This document shows, one piece after another, positions 38,682-48,049 of a DNA stretch of 64,000 nucleotides (position 1 is the first letter of the stretch; the number at the start of each line of letters is the position of its first letter). The notes below the pieces were generated by a model. That model searched no databases, was not told the origin of the DNA, and saw only the letters and a program-made list of their open reading frames with translations. Position numbers and translations under genes: made by a program. The stretch comes from Candidatus Latescibacterota bacterium (GTDB lineage: Bacteria; Latescibacterota; UBA2968; UBA8231): positions 2,336,001 to 2,400,000 of the forward strand of contig CBDCSU010000006.1 of assembly GCA_965221775.1 (NCBI GenBank). Direction: 5' to 3'.

Positions 38682-40897
38682 CTATCTCAGTAGGAGCAAC
38701 CGCCGCGTCTGTACCCCGCCCGGAACCTCCAGCCACGTCACGTACACCCCCGACGAGACCGCCGCCCCCTGCCCGTCGCGGGCGTCCCAGGCCACCCGAT
38801 GCTCCCCGGCCGCCTGGGACCCATCCACCAGCGTACGCACCGGCTGGCCCAGGGTGTTGTAGATGGAGAGCCGCACCGGGCCGGAGGCGGCCAGGCGGTA
38901 GGCGACTCGGGTGCGGCTGTTGAAGGGGTTCGGATAGTTGTCCAGCAGCGCTGTCTGCCCCGGCAGCGAGGGCGAAGCGTCAATGGCCGTCGCCAGCAGG
39001 GAGGTGACATAGGGCGACATGTCCCACAGCAGGACGGTGCCATCCCCACTGCCACTGGCCAAGGTGGTCCCGTCCGGGGAGAACGCCACCGACCAGACCC
39101 AACTCGCATGGCCTTCGAGGAGGGCGATCTGCTGTCGGCTGGCCACGTTCCACAACCGCACCGTGTTGTCCGGATCCCAACTGCCACTGGCCAGGGTGGT
39201 CCCGTCCGGCGAGAACGCCACCGACAGGACGGAACTCGTATGGCCTTCGAGGACGGCGATCTGCTGTCGGCTGGCCACGTCCCACAACCGCACCGTGTTG
39301 TCCGGATCCCACCTGCCACTGCCACTGGCCAGGGTGGCCCCGTCCGGGGAGAACGACACCGACCAGACCCCCCCCTCCGTATGGCCTTCGAGGGTGGCGA
39401 TCTGCTGTCGGCTGGCCACGTCCCACAACCGCACCGTCTTGCCCTCACCGCCACTGGCCAAGGTGGTCCCGTCCGGCGAGAACGCCACCGAAGTGACCAT
39501 ATGCGTATGGCCTTTGAGGAGGGCGGTCTGCCGTCCGCTGGCCACGTCCCACAACCGCACCGTGCGGTAGTTGCTACTGGCCAGGGTGGCCCCGTCCGGG
39601 GAGAACGCCACCGATTCGACAACGCCCGTCTGGCCTTCGACTTCGAGGGTGGCGATCTGCTGTCGGCTGGCCACGTTCCACAACCGCACCGTCTTGTCCT
39701 CACTGCCACTGGCCAAGGTGGTCCGTCCGGGGAGAACGACACCGACCAGACCCCCTCCGTATGGCCTTCGAGGGTGGCGATCTGCTGTCGGCTGGCCACG
39801 TCCCACAACCGCACCGTCTTGTCCTCACCGCCACTGGCCAAGGTAGTCCCGTCCGGGGAGAACGACACCGATAGGACGTAATTCGTATGGCCTTCGAGGG
39901 TGGCGATCTGCTGTCGGCTGGCCACGTCCCACAACCGCACCGTCGTGTCCTCACTGCCACTGGCCAAGGTAGTCCCGTCCGGGGAGAACGACACCGATAG
40001 GACGTAATTCGTATGGCCTTCGAGGGTGGCGATCTGCTGTCGGCTGGCCACGTCCCACAACCGCACCGTCTTGTCCTCACTGCCACTGGCCAGGTGGATC
40101 CCGTCCGGGGAGAACACCACCGAGTAGACCCCCTCCCTATGGCCTTCGAGGACGGCGATCTGCTGTCGGCTGGCCACGTCCCACAACCGCACCGTCGTGT
40201 CCCAACCGCCACTGGCCAGGGTGGTCCCGTCCGGGGAGAACGCCACCGAGTAGACCCCCTCCCTATGGCCTTCGAGGACGGCGATCTGCTGTCCGCTGGC
40301 CACGTCCCACAACTGCACCGTGTCCCAATCGGCACTGGCCAGGGTGGTCCCATCCGGGGAGAACGCCACCGAACGGACCCAAGTCGTACGGCCTTGGAGG
40401 AGGGCGATCTGCTGTCGGCTGGCCACGTCCCACAACTGCACCGTGTTGTCTTCACTGGCACTGGCCAGGGTGGTCCCATCCGGGGAGAACGCCACCGAAT
40501 GGACTCGATGCCAATGGCCTTCGAGGACGGCGATCTGCTGTCCGCTGGCCACGTCCCACAAGCGCACCGTGATGTCTTCACTGGCACTGGCCAAGGTGGT
40601 CCCGTCCGGGGAGAACGCCACCGAATTGACGTCGTCCGTATGTCCCGTGAACAGAGCGGTCTCGGCGCCGGTGTCGGCATCGTAGAGCCAGATGCCGAGG
40701 CTGGTGGCCACCGCCAGCCGTGCGCCGTCAGGCGAGTAGGCCACCGGTCCGTCGCCCCAACCGATGGATCCCTTGCCCAGGCGGGCGAGGGCCCCCTCGG
40801 GCAGATGCCAGCGGGTGTAGTCCTCGGCGCGGCTCTCCTGTACGAAGAGAGCGCCGACCGGTAACCAGGCGAGCATGAGCAACGAAACGGATCGCAT
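38682..40897 (-). pseudogene. Secreted 14-blade WD40 protein with C-terminal FlgD/T9SS-type Ig domain; one -1 frameshift near 39722
   Basis: Signal peptide, LPEGALARLGKG cap, WD40 repeats, LLDNYPNPFNS domain. One repeat reads GGTGGTCCGTCC where most sister repeats read GGTGGTCCCGTCC; may be a sequencing error. Confidence 0.85.
39015..40655 (-). repeat. About 126-bp coding tandem repeat, 13 highly similar WD40 units
   Basis: Recurrent GGCGATCTGCTGTCGGCTGGCCACGTCCCACAACCGCACCG and CCGTCCGGGGAGAACG blocks. Confidence 0.92.
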
Positions 40898-40947
40898 GAC
40901 CTGTCCCTTCTTGGGCATTCGCGGTTGGATCGGAGTCCCGCTTGGTT

Positions 40948-41670
40948 TCATGGGCTTGACCTCGACAGGACGACGCTGACGGTTGCGTCGACGACGGGCT
41001 CGCCCTCTTGGATCCCTGCCGCCTTGGCATCCTCATCGACTCCTGCGTGGATGCCGTATCCCCCTCCGACCGTGACATCGATTTGCTTGTGGGTATAGTG
41101 GTACCCTATCCCTGCTTGGGACTTGTGATACTGCTTGAGCTGGACAAGCGGAAACACCATAGGATCATCAGGATCATCCGAGGCCGGGTAGTACCGGGCC
41201 TCGTTGTTGGTGACGAATCCAAACGCGATGAACAACCCGTGGCCCCGGCTGATCGGGCGCAGGAGCCGTATCGCAACGGCCATGCGCGTCCCAGTGGCCG
41301 GCACGCCCATGCCTAACAAAGCCCCGGGGTACTTCTCAATCCTGGGGAGGAATCCAACACTGAGGGAGAGAGGATCCCGGCCCACCTCCAGCGCCACCAA
41401 CCCGGATAGCGTGCTCAGGCCCGCACGTGCCCGAATCTGAACGTCTCTTCTCTCGCCAGACGGTTCTTCACCGGGGACCGAAACCTGATCGAGGGACAGG
41501 CCAGGTAGCTTCCGCTTCCCGGAGCCAGCGATCGACTGCTCCGCGGCTGCTCCGGGCCAAGCCATGAACAGCAGGCCGGCAAGAAGCAAGGGGGTACACC
41601 ATCCCCTCCGGTCGTGAAGGCTGCTCATGGCCTTGAGTGGAGGGGGGAGTCGGCGGCTATCAATCTTCAT
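40948..41670 (-). CDS. Exported protein, probable small outer-membrane beta-barrel
   Basis: Hydrophobic signal (LLLAGLLFMAWPGAAA); alternating strands (AGIGYHY, VTVGGGYG, VDATVSVVL). Confidence 0.55.
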   Translation of the reverse strand: MKIDSRRLPPPLKAMSSLHDRRGWCTPLLLAGLLFMAWPGAAAEQSIAGSGKRKLPGLSLDQVSVPGEEPSGERRDVQIRARAGLSTLSGLVALEVGRDPLSLSVGFLPRIEKYPGALLGMGVPATGTRMAVAIRLLRPISRGHGLFIAFGFVTNNEARYYPASDDPDDPMVFPLVQLKQYHKSQAGIGYHYTHKQIDVTVGGGYGIHAGVDEDAKAAGIQEGEPVVDATVSVVLSRSSP

Positions 41671-41916
41671 AGGTACCTCTCGGTGATGTAGTCGATGTAG
41701 TCCGGATGCTCGCCGCGGCAAACGCCTGGCCAGCCGGGCGATGACCTCCTTCCTTCGGTTCAGGGTGTCTTCGCGGCGTGCAGATCCTGAAGGGAGGGCC
41801 GGGTTGCGGGCCGTGGCGAGCCTCAGCGTCCAACCGGATCCTCCCCCTTGGCCTCCAGGCGAGTTCCACCTCCGCGCCGAGTTGCGCGGGAACTCCTGGT
41901 GGAGCCCGCCCGACCG

Positions 41917-42837
41917 TCACTCAGGCAGGGAGTAGGGATCGGCCTGGGACACATCGACCAGGTATCCGAGGTCGGCCATGGCCTGGACCGTGATGGCGCT
42001 CAGGGGCGCCGGGCGGTCCATGTCCGCGCTGGCACTCATCACCTCGTTGCCGAAGACCTCCCCCCGCCAGTGGCCGTTGCCGGTGGCCGGCACCTTCCTG
42101 CCGTCGTAGGAGCCCCCCCCGGCCGCGTCGAAGGCCTCGATGGCCAGCGGCCCCGCGAAGTGGGCGTCGCCGTCGGGCTCCTTCAGCAACTCCTCCGTCC
42201 ACGAGGTCCCGAAGCCCAGGGCGTGGCACATCTCGTGCATCAGCACCCTCTTCAGCACGTCCGCCGAGTCCGAGAGCAGCTCCTCGGCCAGGATGATGTG
42301 ACTGATCGCCGGCAGGTTGTTGGCCGCCGTCCACTGCACGAGCCCGCCCCAGGCGCCGCCGGTGAGCTCCGGGTCCGAGGTCACGATGATGGCCACGTCG
42401 TCGATCACGCGGTCGATCAGGATGCGGCCGCCCCGGGCCGTGCCCCAGTCGTAGTCTCCCTCCCTGGCGGTGTCGAAAGTGATCTGGGTGTAGTCGGAGT
42501 CCGGGATGTCGCCCACGATCACGGCCTCCCATCGTTTCGCCACCTCGTTGATCAGGGCCAGCTGCGCGTCGCTGAACCGATGCTCGGGAGGTACGAGGAT
42601 CTCGATGGAGAAGGTCCCCGGTTCCGACGCATCCGAACCCGGCCCCGGCTCCTCTACCGCTCCCGGCTCCTCGAGGGCTACCCCCGGTTCCCCGGACTCC
42701 TCCCCTGGATTGGTCTCTGGCTGCTTTGACTCATCCACGGGGGGAGAGTCGTCTCCCCCCGTGGGAGTGCTGGGCCCCTTGTCGCACGCCGTCAGGCCCG
42801 CCAGCAACAAGAGCCACAGGATCTGCGTTCTTGCCAT
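41917..42837 (-). CDS. Leishmanolysin-like (M8) zinc metallopeptidase lipoprotein
   Basis: Lipobox LTAC; RWEAVIVGD, HEMCHALGFG, GHWRGEVFGNEVMS, SAITVQAMADLGY.VD...ADPY.LP. Confidence 0.85.
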   Translation of the reverse strand: MARTQILWLLLLAGLTACDKGPSTPTGGDDSPPVDESKQPETNPGEESGEPGVALEEPGAVEEPGPGSDASEPGTFSIEILVPPEHRFSDAQLALINEVAKRWEAVIVGDIPDSDYTQITFDTAREGDYDWGTARGGRILIDRVIDDVAIIVTSDPELTGGAWGGLVQWTAANNLPAISHIILAEELLSDSADVLKRVLMHEMCHALGFGTSWTEELLKEPDGDAHFAGPLAIEAFDAAGGGSYDGRKVPATGNGHWRGEVFGNEVMSASADMDRPAPLSAITVQAMADLGYLVDVSQADPYSLPE

Positions 42838-43014
42838 CTCTCCTCCTCCTGTTGGGCCCTGTTGGGCCGTGGAAAAGCCCGGGAGCCGAGACTCAAGTAG
42901 CCCCCCGGCTCTGGTGTGCATGGGACGAATCCGCTGTCGTTCGATCCACGGTCCTGAAGAGCCTGGGTCAGGAGCAGCCGTGGTTGTGGGAAGTTGTGGG
43001 AAGTCGAGCATCCT

Positions 43015-43596
43015 TCATCGCTCCCCCTCTGCGAGCTTGACCTGTCCCCAGCTCGCCGGCCGCAGGCTCGTGGCCACGTCGGGCGGGACGAGGCCGTTGA
43101 CCTCCAGGCTGACATCGAGGGCGCCCCCGCGACGGAACTCGTCCCGCTCGGACAGGCTCGGGCCGACGGAGACCAGGACCAGGCTCAGGGTGGCGTGGGC
43201 ATCGGCCGTGAAGGTGTCCGAGGTCTTCAGCGTGAAGGCGAAGGTGGCCCGGCCGTCGATCTGACCGGGCGGTATCACAGCGACGCCGAAACGAACTCTC
43301 CGGCCGTCGCGCTCCAACAACTTGGGGGCCTGGAGGATCTCGACGTCCTCGAACCCCTCGCCGAAGGTCATCTTCGCCGAGGACACGTCGAAGTGGACGG
43401 GGTTGGAGACCTCCAGGACGACCTCGAGGTGCTTCACCGCCACCAGGCCGCTCGCCTGGATCCCGAGGCCCACCTCCTGGCCCGGTCCGACGCCGGCGAC
43501 GGACGGTTTGCCAAGGGGGACGAATCTGGCCCCCGTGTTGTCGCCGGCGAGGGCGCCGAGCGGAAGGAGGATGAGGATGACGATGAGCCGAGTCAT
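43015..43596 (-). CDS. Secreted beta-sandwich (cohesin-like) protein with C-terminal SWGQVK motif
   Basis: Signal peptide, beta-rich body, ends VATSLRPASWGQVKLAEGER. Confidence 0.72.
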   Translation of the reverse strand: MTRLIVILILLPLGALAGDNTGARFVPLGKPSVAGVGPGQEVGLGIQASGLVAVKHLEVVLEVSNPVHFDVSSAKMTFGEGFEDVEILQAPKLLERDGRRVRFGVAVIPPGQIDGRATFAFTLKTSDTFTADAHATLSLVLVSVGPSLSERDEFRRGGALDVSLEVNGLVPPDVATSLRPASWGQVKLAEGER

Positions 43597-43672
43597 GAGA
43601 TCTCCTTGATCGAGAGATGCTGGAGGCCGGCCAGGGCGGGCCCCCGCGCCGGGAGCCGAAAGGCCAGCGCCC

Positions 43673-44416
43673 TCATCGCACGGTCCCCTTCAGGCGCCCC
43701 CACGTACTCGGGACCACGGCGGTCTCCGGGCGGGCGCGGGCCAGGAGGAGCGGGTCCTTCTCGCGGTAGAACCCCAGGCGCAGCTCCTCGTCGTCGGCCT
43801 CGAACTGCAGGGTCAGCGTGCCGCCGTCGACGACGTAGCTGTCGGCCAGCACCGTGGGGCCCAGGAGGTCCTCCGTAAACCCCCCCATGTCCTCCTCGGT
43901 GACGGGGGTGGCCTCCATCTGCGCCAGCACCTCCGCCTCGAAGGCGGGGTAGTCGGCCTCGGAAATTTCCAGCTGCTCCGCCACCCAGGGGATCAGGGAG
44001 AGGGTGTACTCACGAATCCCCTCGGCGGCCGGCCGGCCCAGGAGGAACAGATCCACCTCCGTCACGTCGGCATGGATGGCCCCCTCCACGACGTCGTAGG
44101 TGCCCGTCGCCTCGATGTCCATGACCAGGGGAGGCAGTCTCGAGGTGTCCTCGAACGGGTCGCCGGGAGGCGTTTCCTCGAGGAACCCTCCGACGAAGAC
44201 CACCCAGAGGAGCTCCGCCAGGTCAAAGGTCGTGTTCCAGTCCAGGCCGCCGCCGGGGTGGAAGGCGAACTCCACCCCGACCTCCAGTTCGATGTCCGTC
44301 TCCGGGTCCCAGTCGACGAAGGTGGTTTCCCAAGCCCCGTGCAGGGCCGGGTCCTCGGCCGCCGCGGCGGCACCGAGAAGGCTGACGACGAGGATGAGAG
44401 AGAGCAGTACGCGCAT
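43673..44416 (-). CDS. Secreted lipocalin-like protein with C-terminal TWGRLK motif (paralog of 1384-2022)
   Basis: Signal peptide, LHGAWETTFVD, DYPAFE, ends PETAVVPSTWGRLKGTVR. Confidence 0.78.
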   Translation of the reverse strand: MRVLLSLILVVSLLGAAAAAEDPALHGAWETTFVDWDPETDIELEVGVEFAFHPGGGLDWNTTFDLAELLWVVFVGGFLEETPPGDPFEDTSRLPPLVMDIEATGTYDVVEGAIHADVTEVDLFLLGRPAAEGIREYTLSLIPWVAEQLEISEADYPAFEAEVLAQMEATPVTEEDMGGFTEDLLGPTVLADSYVVDGGTLTLQFEADDEELRLGFYREKDPLLLARARPETAVVPSTWGRLKGTVR

Positions 44417-44697
44417 GGGGCGCCTCCTAAGTTCCCTTGGGTGACTTCGACGGCCCGGCCACTTGGCAACGCATGGGTTGATTCGCTCGAAGCCTCAGTG
44501 GCCTTTCATAGAAAGGAACGAGCCCGTGGTGACCAAGCGGTGATCCAAGAGCCTGGTTGTGGTGACTTCTTGGTGGATTTCACCTTTCCCGCCGGTCCAT
44601 TCCGTGTGATATTCACCGACTGACGGGACCATGGCCGGTTCCCGCCCATCTGGGAACTCCCCAGCGGTGACCGGCCGACATTCTCCGAGAGGGGACC

Positions 44698-47064
44698 ATG
44701 CAGGCTGAGAAGCTGGCTCGAGAGAATCAGGCGTTGCGCGAGCGCCTGTCGCGGTTGAGCGAGGCGAGCCTGCGCATCAACGAGAGCCTCGATGTCGAGA
44801 CCGTGCTGCAGGGGGTCCTGGACAGCGCCCGGACGCTGACCGACGCCCGGTACGGCGTGATCACCCTGCTCGACGACGCCGGGGAGCCCCAGGCCTTCCT
44901 GGCCTCGGGCATGACCCCCGAGCAGACCCGCAAGGTCTGGGACATGCCGGGCGGGATGCAGTTCTTCGGCGCCCTGCGCGGGCTCCGGGAATCGGTGCGG
45001 CTGCGGGACTTCCAGGGCCACCTCCGGAGCTTGGGCCTGCCCGAGCTGCGCCCGCCCCTGCCGGTGCACCCGGTGATATCCTTTCTGGGCGCGCCGGTCC
45101 GGCACGGCGGCGAGTCCGTGGGCCACATCTACCTGGCCCAGAAAGAGGGGGCCGCGGAGTTCACCCGGGAAGACGAAGAGACCCTGGTCGTGTTCGCGTC
45201 GCAGGCGGCCCTGGTCATCGCCAACGCCCGGCGTTACCGGGACGAGCAACGGGCCCGCTCCGATCTGGAGACGCTGGTCGACACCTCGCCCACGGGCGTG
45301 GTGGTCTTCGACGCCGAGACGGGCGCGCCGGTGTTCAATCGGGAGGCAGCCCGGATCATGGAGGGCCTGCTCACGCCGGAGCAGACCCCGCAGCAGTTGC
45401 TGGAAACCCTGACCGTCCAACGGACGGACGGACGGGAGATCTTCCTGAAGAGCTCTCCGTGGCCCCAGGCGCTGAGTGCCGGGGAAACGCTACGCGCCGA
45501 GGAGGTCGTACTTCAGGTCCCCGATGGCCGCCGGGTGACCGTGCTGATCAGCGCCACGCCCATCCGCGCCGAGGACGGCGGCGTGAAATCCTATGTCGTC
45601 ACCCTGCAGGACATGACCCCCCTGGAGGAGCTGGATCGGCTCCGGGCCGAGTTCCTGGCCATGGTGAGCCACGAGCTGCGGACCCCGCTGGCGGCCATCA
45701 AGGGAGCCACGGTCAGCCTGCTGGCCGACCCCGACGCGGGCTGGGCCGAGACCGTGCCCTTCTTCCGCATCGTCGACGAGCAGGCCGATCACATGCGGGG
45801 CCTGATCAACGACCTGCTGGACGTGGCGCGCATCGAGACCGGCACCCTGTCGGTCCACCCCGAACCGGCGGCCCTGGCCGGGCTGGTGGATCAGGCTCGC
45901 AACACCTTCCTGGGCACGGGGAGCCGGCACATCCTCCGCATCGAGCTGCCGAGCGATCTGCCCCCGGTGATGGCCGACCGGCGGCGCATCCTTCAGGTCC
46001 TGGACAACCTGCTGGCCAACGCCGCCCGGCATTCGCCCGAGTCGGCCCCCATTCGGGTGACCGCGGCGCCGGAGGAGGGGCACGTGGCCGTCACCGTGGC
46101 CGATCAGGGCCAGGGCGTGCCCGCCGAACGCCTGCCGCACCTGTTCCGCCGGTTCCCCCGGCTCGACGGCGGTGGCGAGGCGGGCCTCGGTCCCGGCCTG
46201 GGACTGCCGATCTGCAAAGGCATCTTGGAGGCCCACGGGGGGCGCATCCGGGCCGAGAGCGACGGAGAGGGGCGGGGCACGCGGTTCATCTTCACCCTGC
46301 CCCTGGCCGAGGAGGCCGGGTATGGCCCGCCGCCCGGATCGACGACTCCCGGTGCGCAGCACGAGGTCACGGGGGAGACGCGGGTGCTGGTGGTGGACGA
46401 CGATCCGCACGCCCTGCGCAACGTGCGGGACGCCCTCCGGAAAGCCGGCTATGCGCCGATCGCGACCGCGGACCCCGAAGAGGTGGCCGGCCTCATGGAG
46501 AAGCACCGCCCCCACCTGGTGTTGCTGGACCTGGTGCTGCCGGGCGCCGACGGGGTCGAGCTGATGCAGGGCCTGCTCGAGATCGCGGACGTGCCCGTCC
46601 TCTTCCTGTCGGCCTACGGCCAGGAGGACGCGATCGCCCGGGCGCTGGACGCGGGGGCGGCCGATTACCTGGTCAAGCCCTTCGCGCCGACCGAACTGGC
46701 GGCCCGGATCCGGGCCGCCCTGCGCAAGGGGGCCGCCGCCGGTCCGCCGCCGCCGGAGGAACCGTATGTGCGGGGCGATCTGACCATTGACTACGCCGGC
46801 CGGCAGGTCACCGTGGGCGGGCGGCCGGTCCGCCTGACCGATCTCGAGTACCGCCTGCTAGCCGAGCTGTCCGTCCACGCCGGCCGGGTCTTGACCTACG
46901 AGCAGTTGCTGCAGCGGGTCTGGGGCCCGGCGCGCGCCGGCGACCCTCGGCCCTTGCGCTCGGCCGTGAAGAAGCTCCGCCGCAAGCTCGGAGACGACCC
47001 CGGCAATCCCACCTGGATCTTCAACGAGCCGCGCGCCGGCTATCGCATGGCCAGGGCCGGGTAG
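44698..47064 (+). CDS. Hybrid signalling protein GAF-PAS-HisKA-HATPase-REC-OmpR winged helix
   Basis: GAF, PAS, FLAMVSHELRTPL, NLLANA, GLGLPICK, VVDDD/LLDLVLP/VKPF, LTDLEYRLL...LLQRVWG...KLRRKLG. Confidence 0.92.
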   Translation: MQAEKLARENQALRERLSRLSEASLRINESLDVETVLQGVLDSARTLTDARYGVITLLDDAGEPQAFLASGMTPEQTRKVWDMPGGMQFFGALRGLRESVRLRDFQGHLRSLGLPELRPPLPVHPVISFLGAPVRHGGESVGHIYLAQKEGAAEFTREDEETLVVFASQAALVIANARRYRDEQRARSDLETLVDTSPTGVVVFDAETGAPVFNREAARIMEGLLTPEQTPQQLLETLTVQRTDGREIFLKSSPWPQALSAGETLRAEEVVLQVPDGRRVTVLISATPIRAEDGGVKSYVVTLQDMTPLEELDRLRAEFLAMVSHELRTPLAAIKGATVSLLADPDAGWAETVPFFRIVDEQADHMRGLINDLLDVARIETGTLSVHPEPAALAGLVDQARNTFLGTGSRHILRIELPSDLPPVMADRRRILQVLDNLLANAARHSPESAPIRVTAAPEEGHVAVTVADQGQGVPAERLPHLFRRFPRLDGGGEAGLGPGLGLPICKGILEAHGGRIRAESDGEGRGTRFIFTLPLAEEAGYGPPPGSTTPGAQHEVTGETRVLVVDDDPHALRNVRDALRKAGYAPIATADPEEVAGLMEKHRPHLVLLDLVLPGADGVELMQGLLEIADVPVLFLSAYGQEDAIARALDAGAADYLVKPFAPTELAARIRAALRKGAAAGPPPPEEPYVRGDLTIDYAGRQVTVGGRPVRLTDLEYRLLAELSVHAGRVLTYEQLLQRVWGPARAGDPRPLRSAVKKLRRKLGDDPGNPTWIFNEPRAGYRMARAG

Positions 47065-47344
47065 CCCCCCACCGCTGCCACCGCAACCCTCTCCACTCTT
47101 TCTCCGAGTCCGGCTCGTCGGGAGCGCCCCGGCTCAAGCTCCACTGTTCCCATACCTCCCCATCACAAGCGAGATGCCGGAAGGGCCCCAAAGGCGCGTC
47201 ACGGGCTAGCTTGAATCAAGAGGGACCTCGCGGGAAGGGACCGGCGACCTCTTGCCCACGATCGTTGGCGAATCCTTGACATGAACCATGGGGAACCCGA
47301 TATTCTCCCCTTGGGACAACAAAACATCCGACGGGACAGACAAA

Positions 47345-47863
47345 ATGACCTCCAAGGACACCAGGAAAATCGTTCAAGACATGGAGTCTTGGGTGACGGA
47401 GGAGGAGGCTAGCATTGAGGCGGGGTGGGCGGACCTCCAGGCTCAGCGGGACAAGGCAGATCGATTCGAAGATAGCCTTCGGGCTCGGCAAGCCCAGCTC
47501 CAGAAAGGCAGAGAGTTCTGCCAGATGTACGAGGGGGCCAGCGTGGGAAATGGGCTGATCGTCCTCAGGGGCGCCAAGGACATCGCCAGGGAGCTCAAGG
47601 AGATCCTGCAGGCACTTCCGGAACCCGCAACCTTCGCCCACCTCTGGAACCTTCTCAACGCCCAGGGATTCACTTGCTCCGGCTCGAATCCTCGAGGCAC
47701 CTTCTCGGCTCAGCTCTCGAACCTCACCAAGGCTGGAGTTCTCAAGGCCCTGGACACGAACCCGAAGACCTACCTTCTGGCGAGTAGCGAGGACGCCCAA
47801 GGTGGAGAGGATGCTCCCCCAGAGCAACCTCTCTCAGAGGATGAGAAGGCGATGATGATGTAG
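47345..47863 (+). CDS. Coiled-coil plus winged-helix (HARE-HTH-like) protein
   Basis: Heptad-rich N-terminus; LKEILQALPEPATFAHLWNLL...GSNPRGTFSAQLS resembles HARE-HTH; TTGACA at 47276 upstream. Confidence 0.6.
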   Translation: MTSKDTRKIVQDMESWVTEEEASIEAGWADLQAQRDKADRFEDSLRARQAQLQKGREFCQMYEGASVGNGLIVLRGAKDIARELKEILQALPEPATFAHLWNLLNAQGFTCSGSNPRGTFSAQLSNLTKAGVLKALDTNPKTYLLASSEDAQGGEDAPPEQPLSEDEKAMMM

Positions 47864-47866
47864 GAG

Positions 47867-47902
47867 GGGACAGTTCTCGTAGGGCCCTACGAGAACTGTC
47901 CC
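47867..47902. repeat. Perfect 36-bp palindrome
   Basis: GGGACAGTTCTCGTAGGG|CCCTACGAGAACTGTCCC. Confidence 0.9.
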
Positions 47903-47905
47903 AAC

Positions 47906-48010
47906 ACAGAGCGGAGGAGCCAAACGGTTTCTGTGGCTCCAGGAAAGCGACCGGCCCTTCGGGGCCGGGGTGCAGGGGGGTTCACCCCTTGCATTGCTCC
48001 TCCGCTCTGT
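47906..48010 (+). ncRNA. Candidate structured RNA or ssDNA element
   Basis: 15-bp closing stem (47906-47920 / 47996-48010), internal CCGGCCC-TTCG-GGGCCGG hairpin and a second 9-bp hairpin. Confidence 0.45.
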
Positions 48011-48049
48011 TCCGTGTACAGTTGCATAACCTACGCCATAGACTGGTAT

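Noticed and set aside
39015-40655. Regular repeats with variable inserts resembling a CRISPR array
   Set aside because: Units are in-frame 126-bp WD40 coding repeats; no cas genes or leader. The same applies to 58074-58850.
42840-43012. Short direct repeats (GTTGTGGGAA x2, CCTGTTGGGCC x2) and a 7-bp stem upstream of the M8 lipoprotein
   Set aside because: Possibly regulatory, but too short to distinguish from chance at this GC content.
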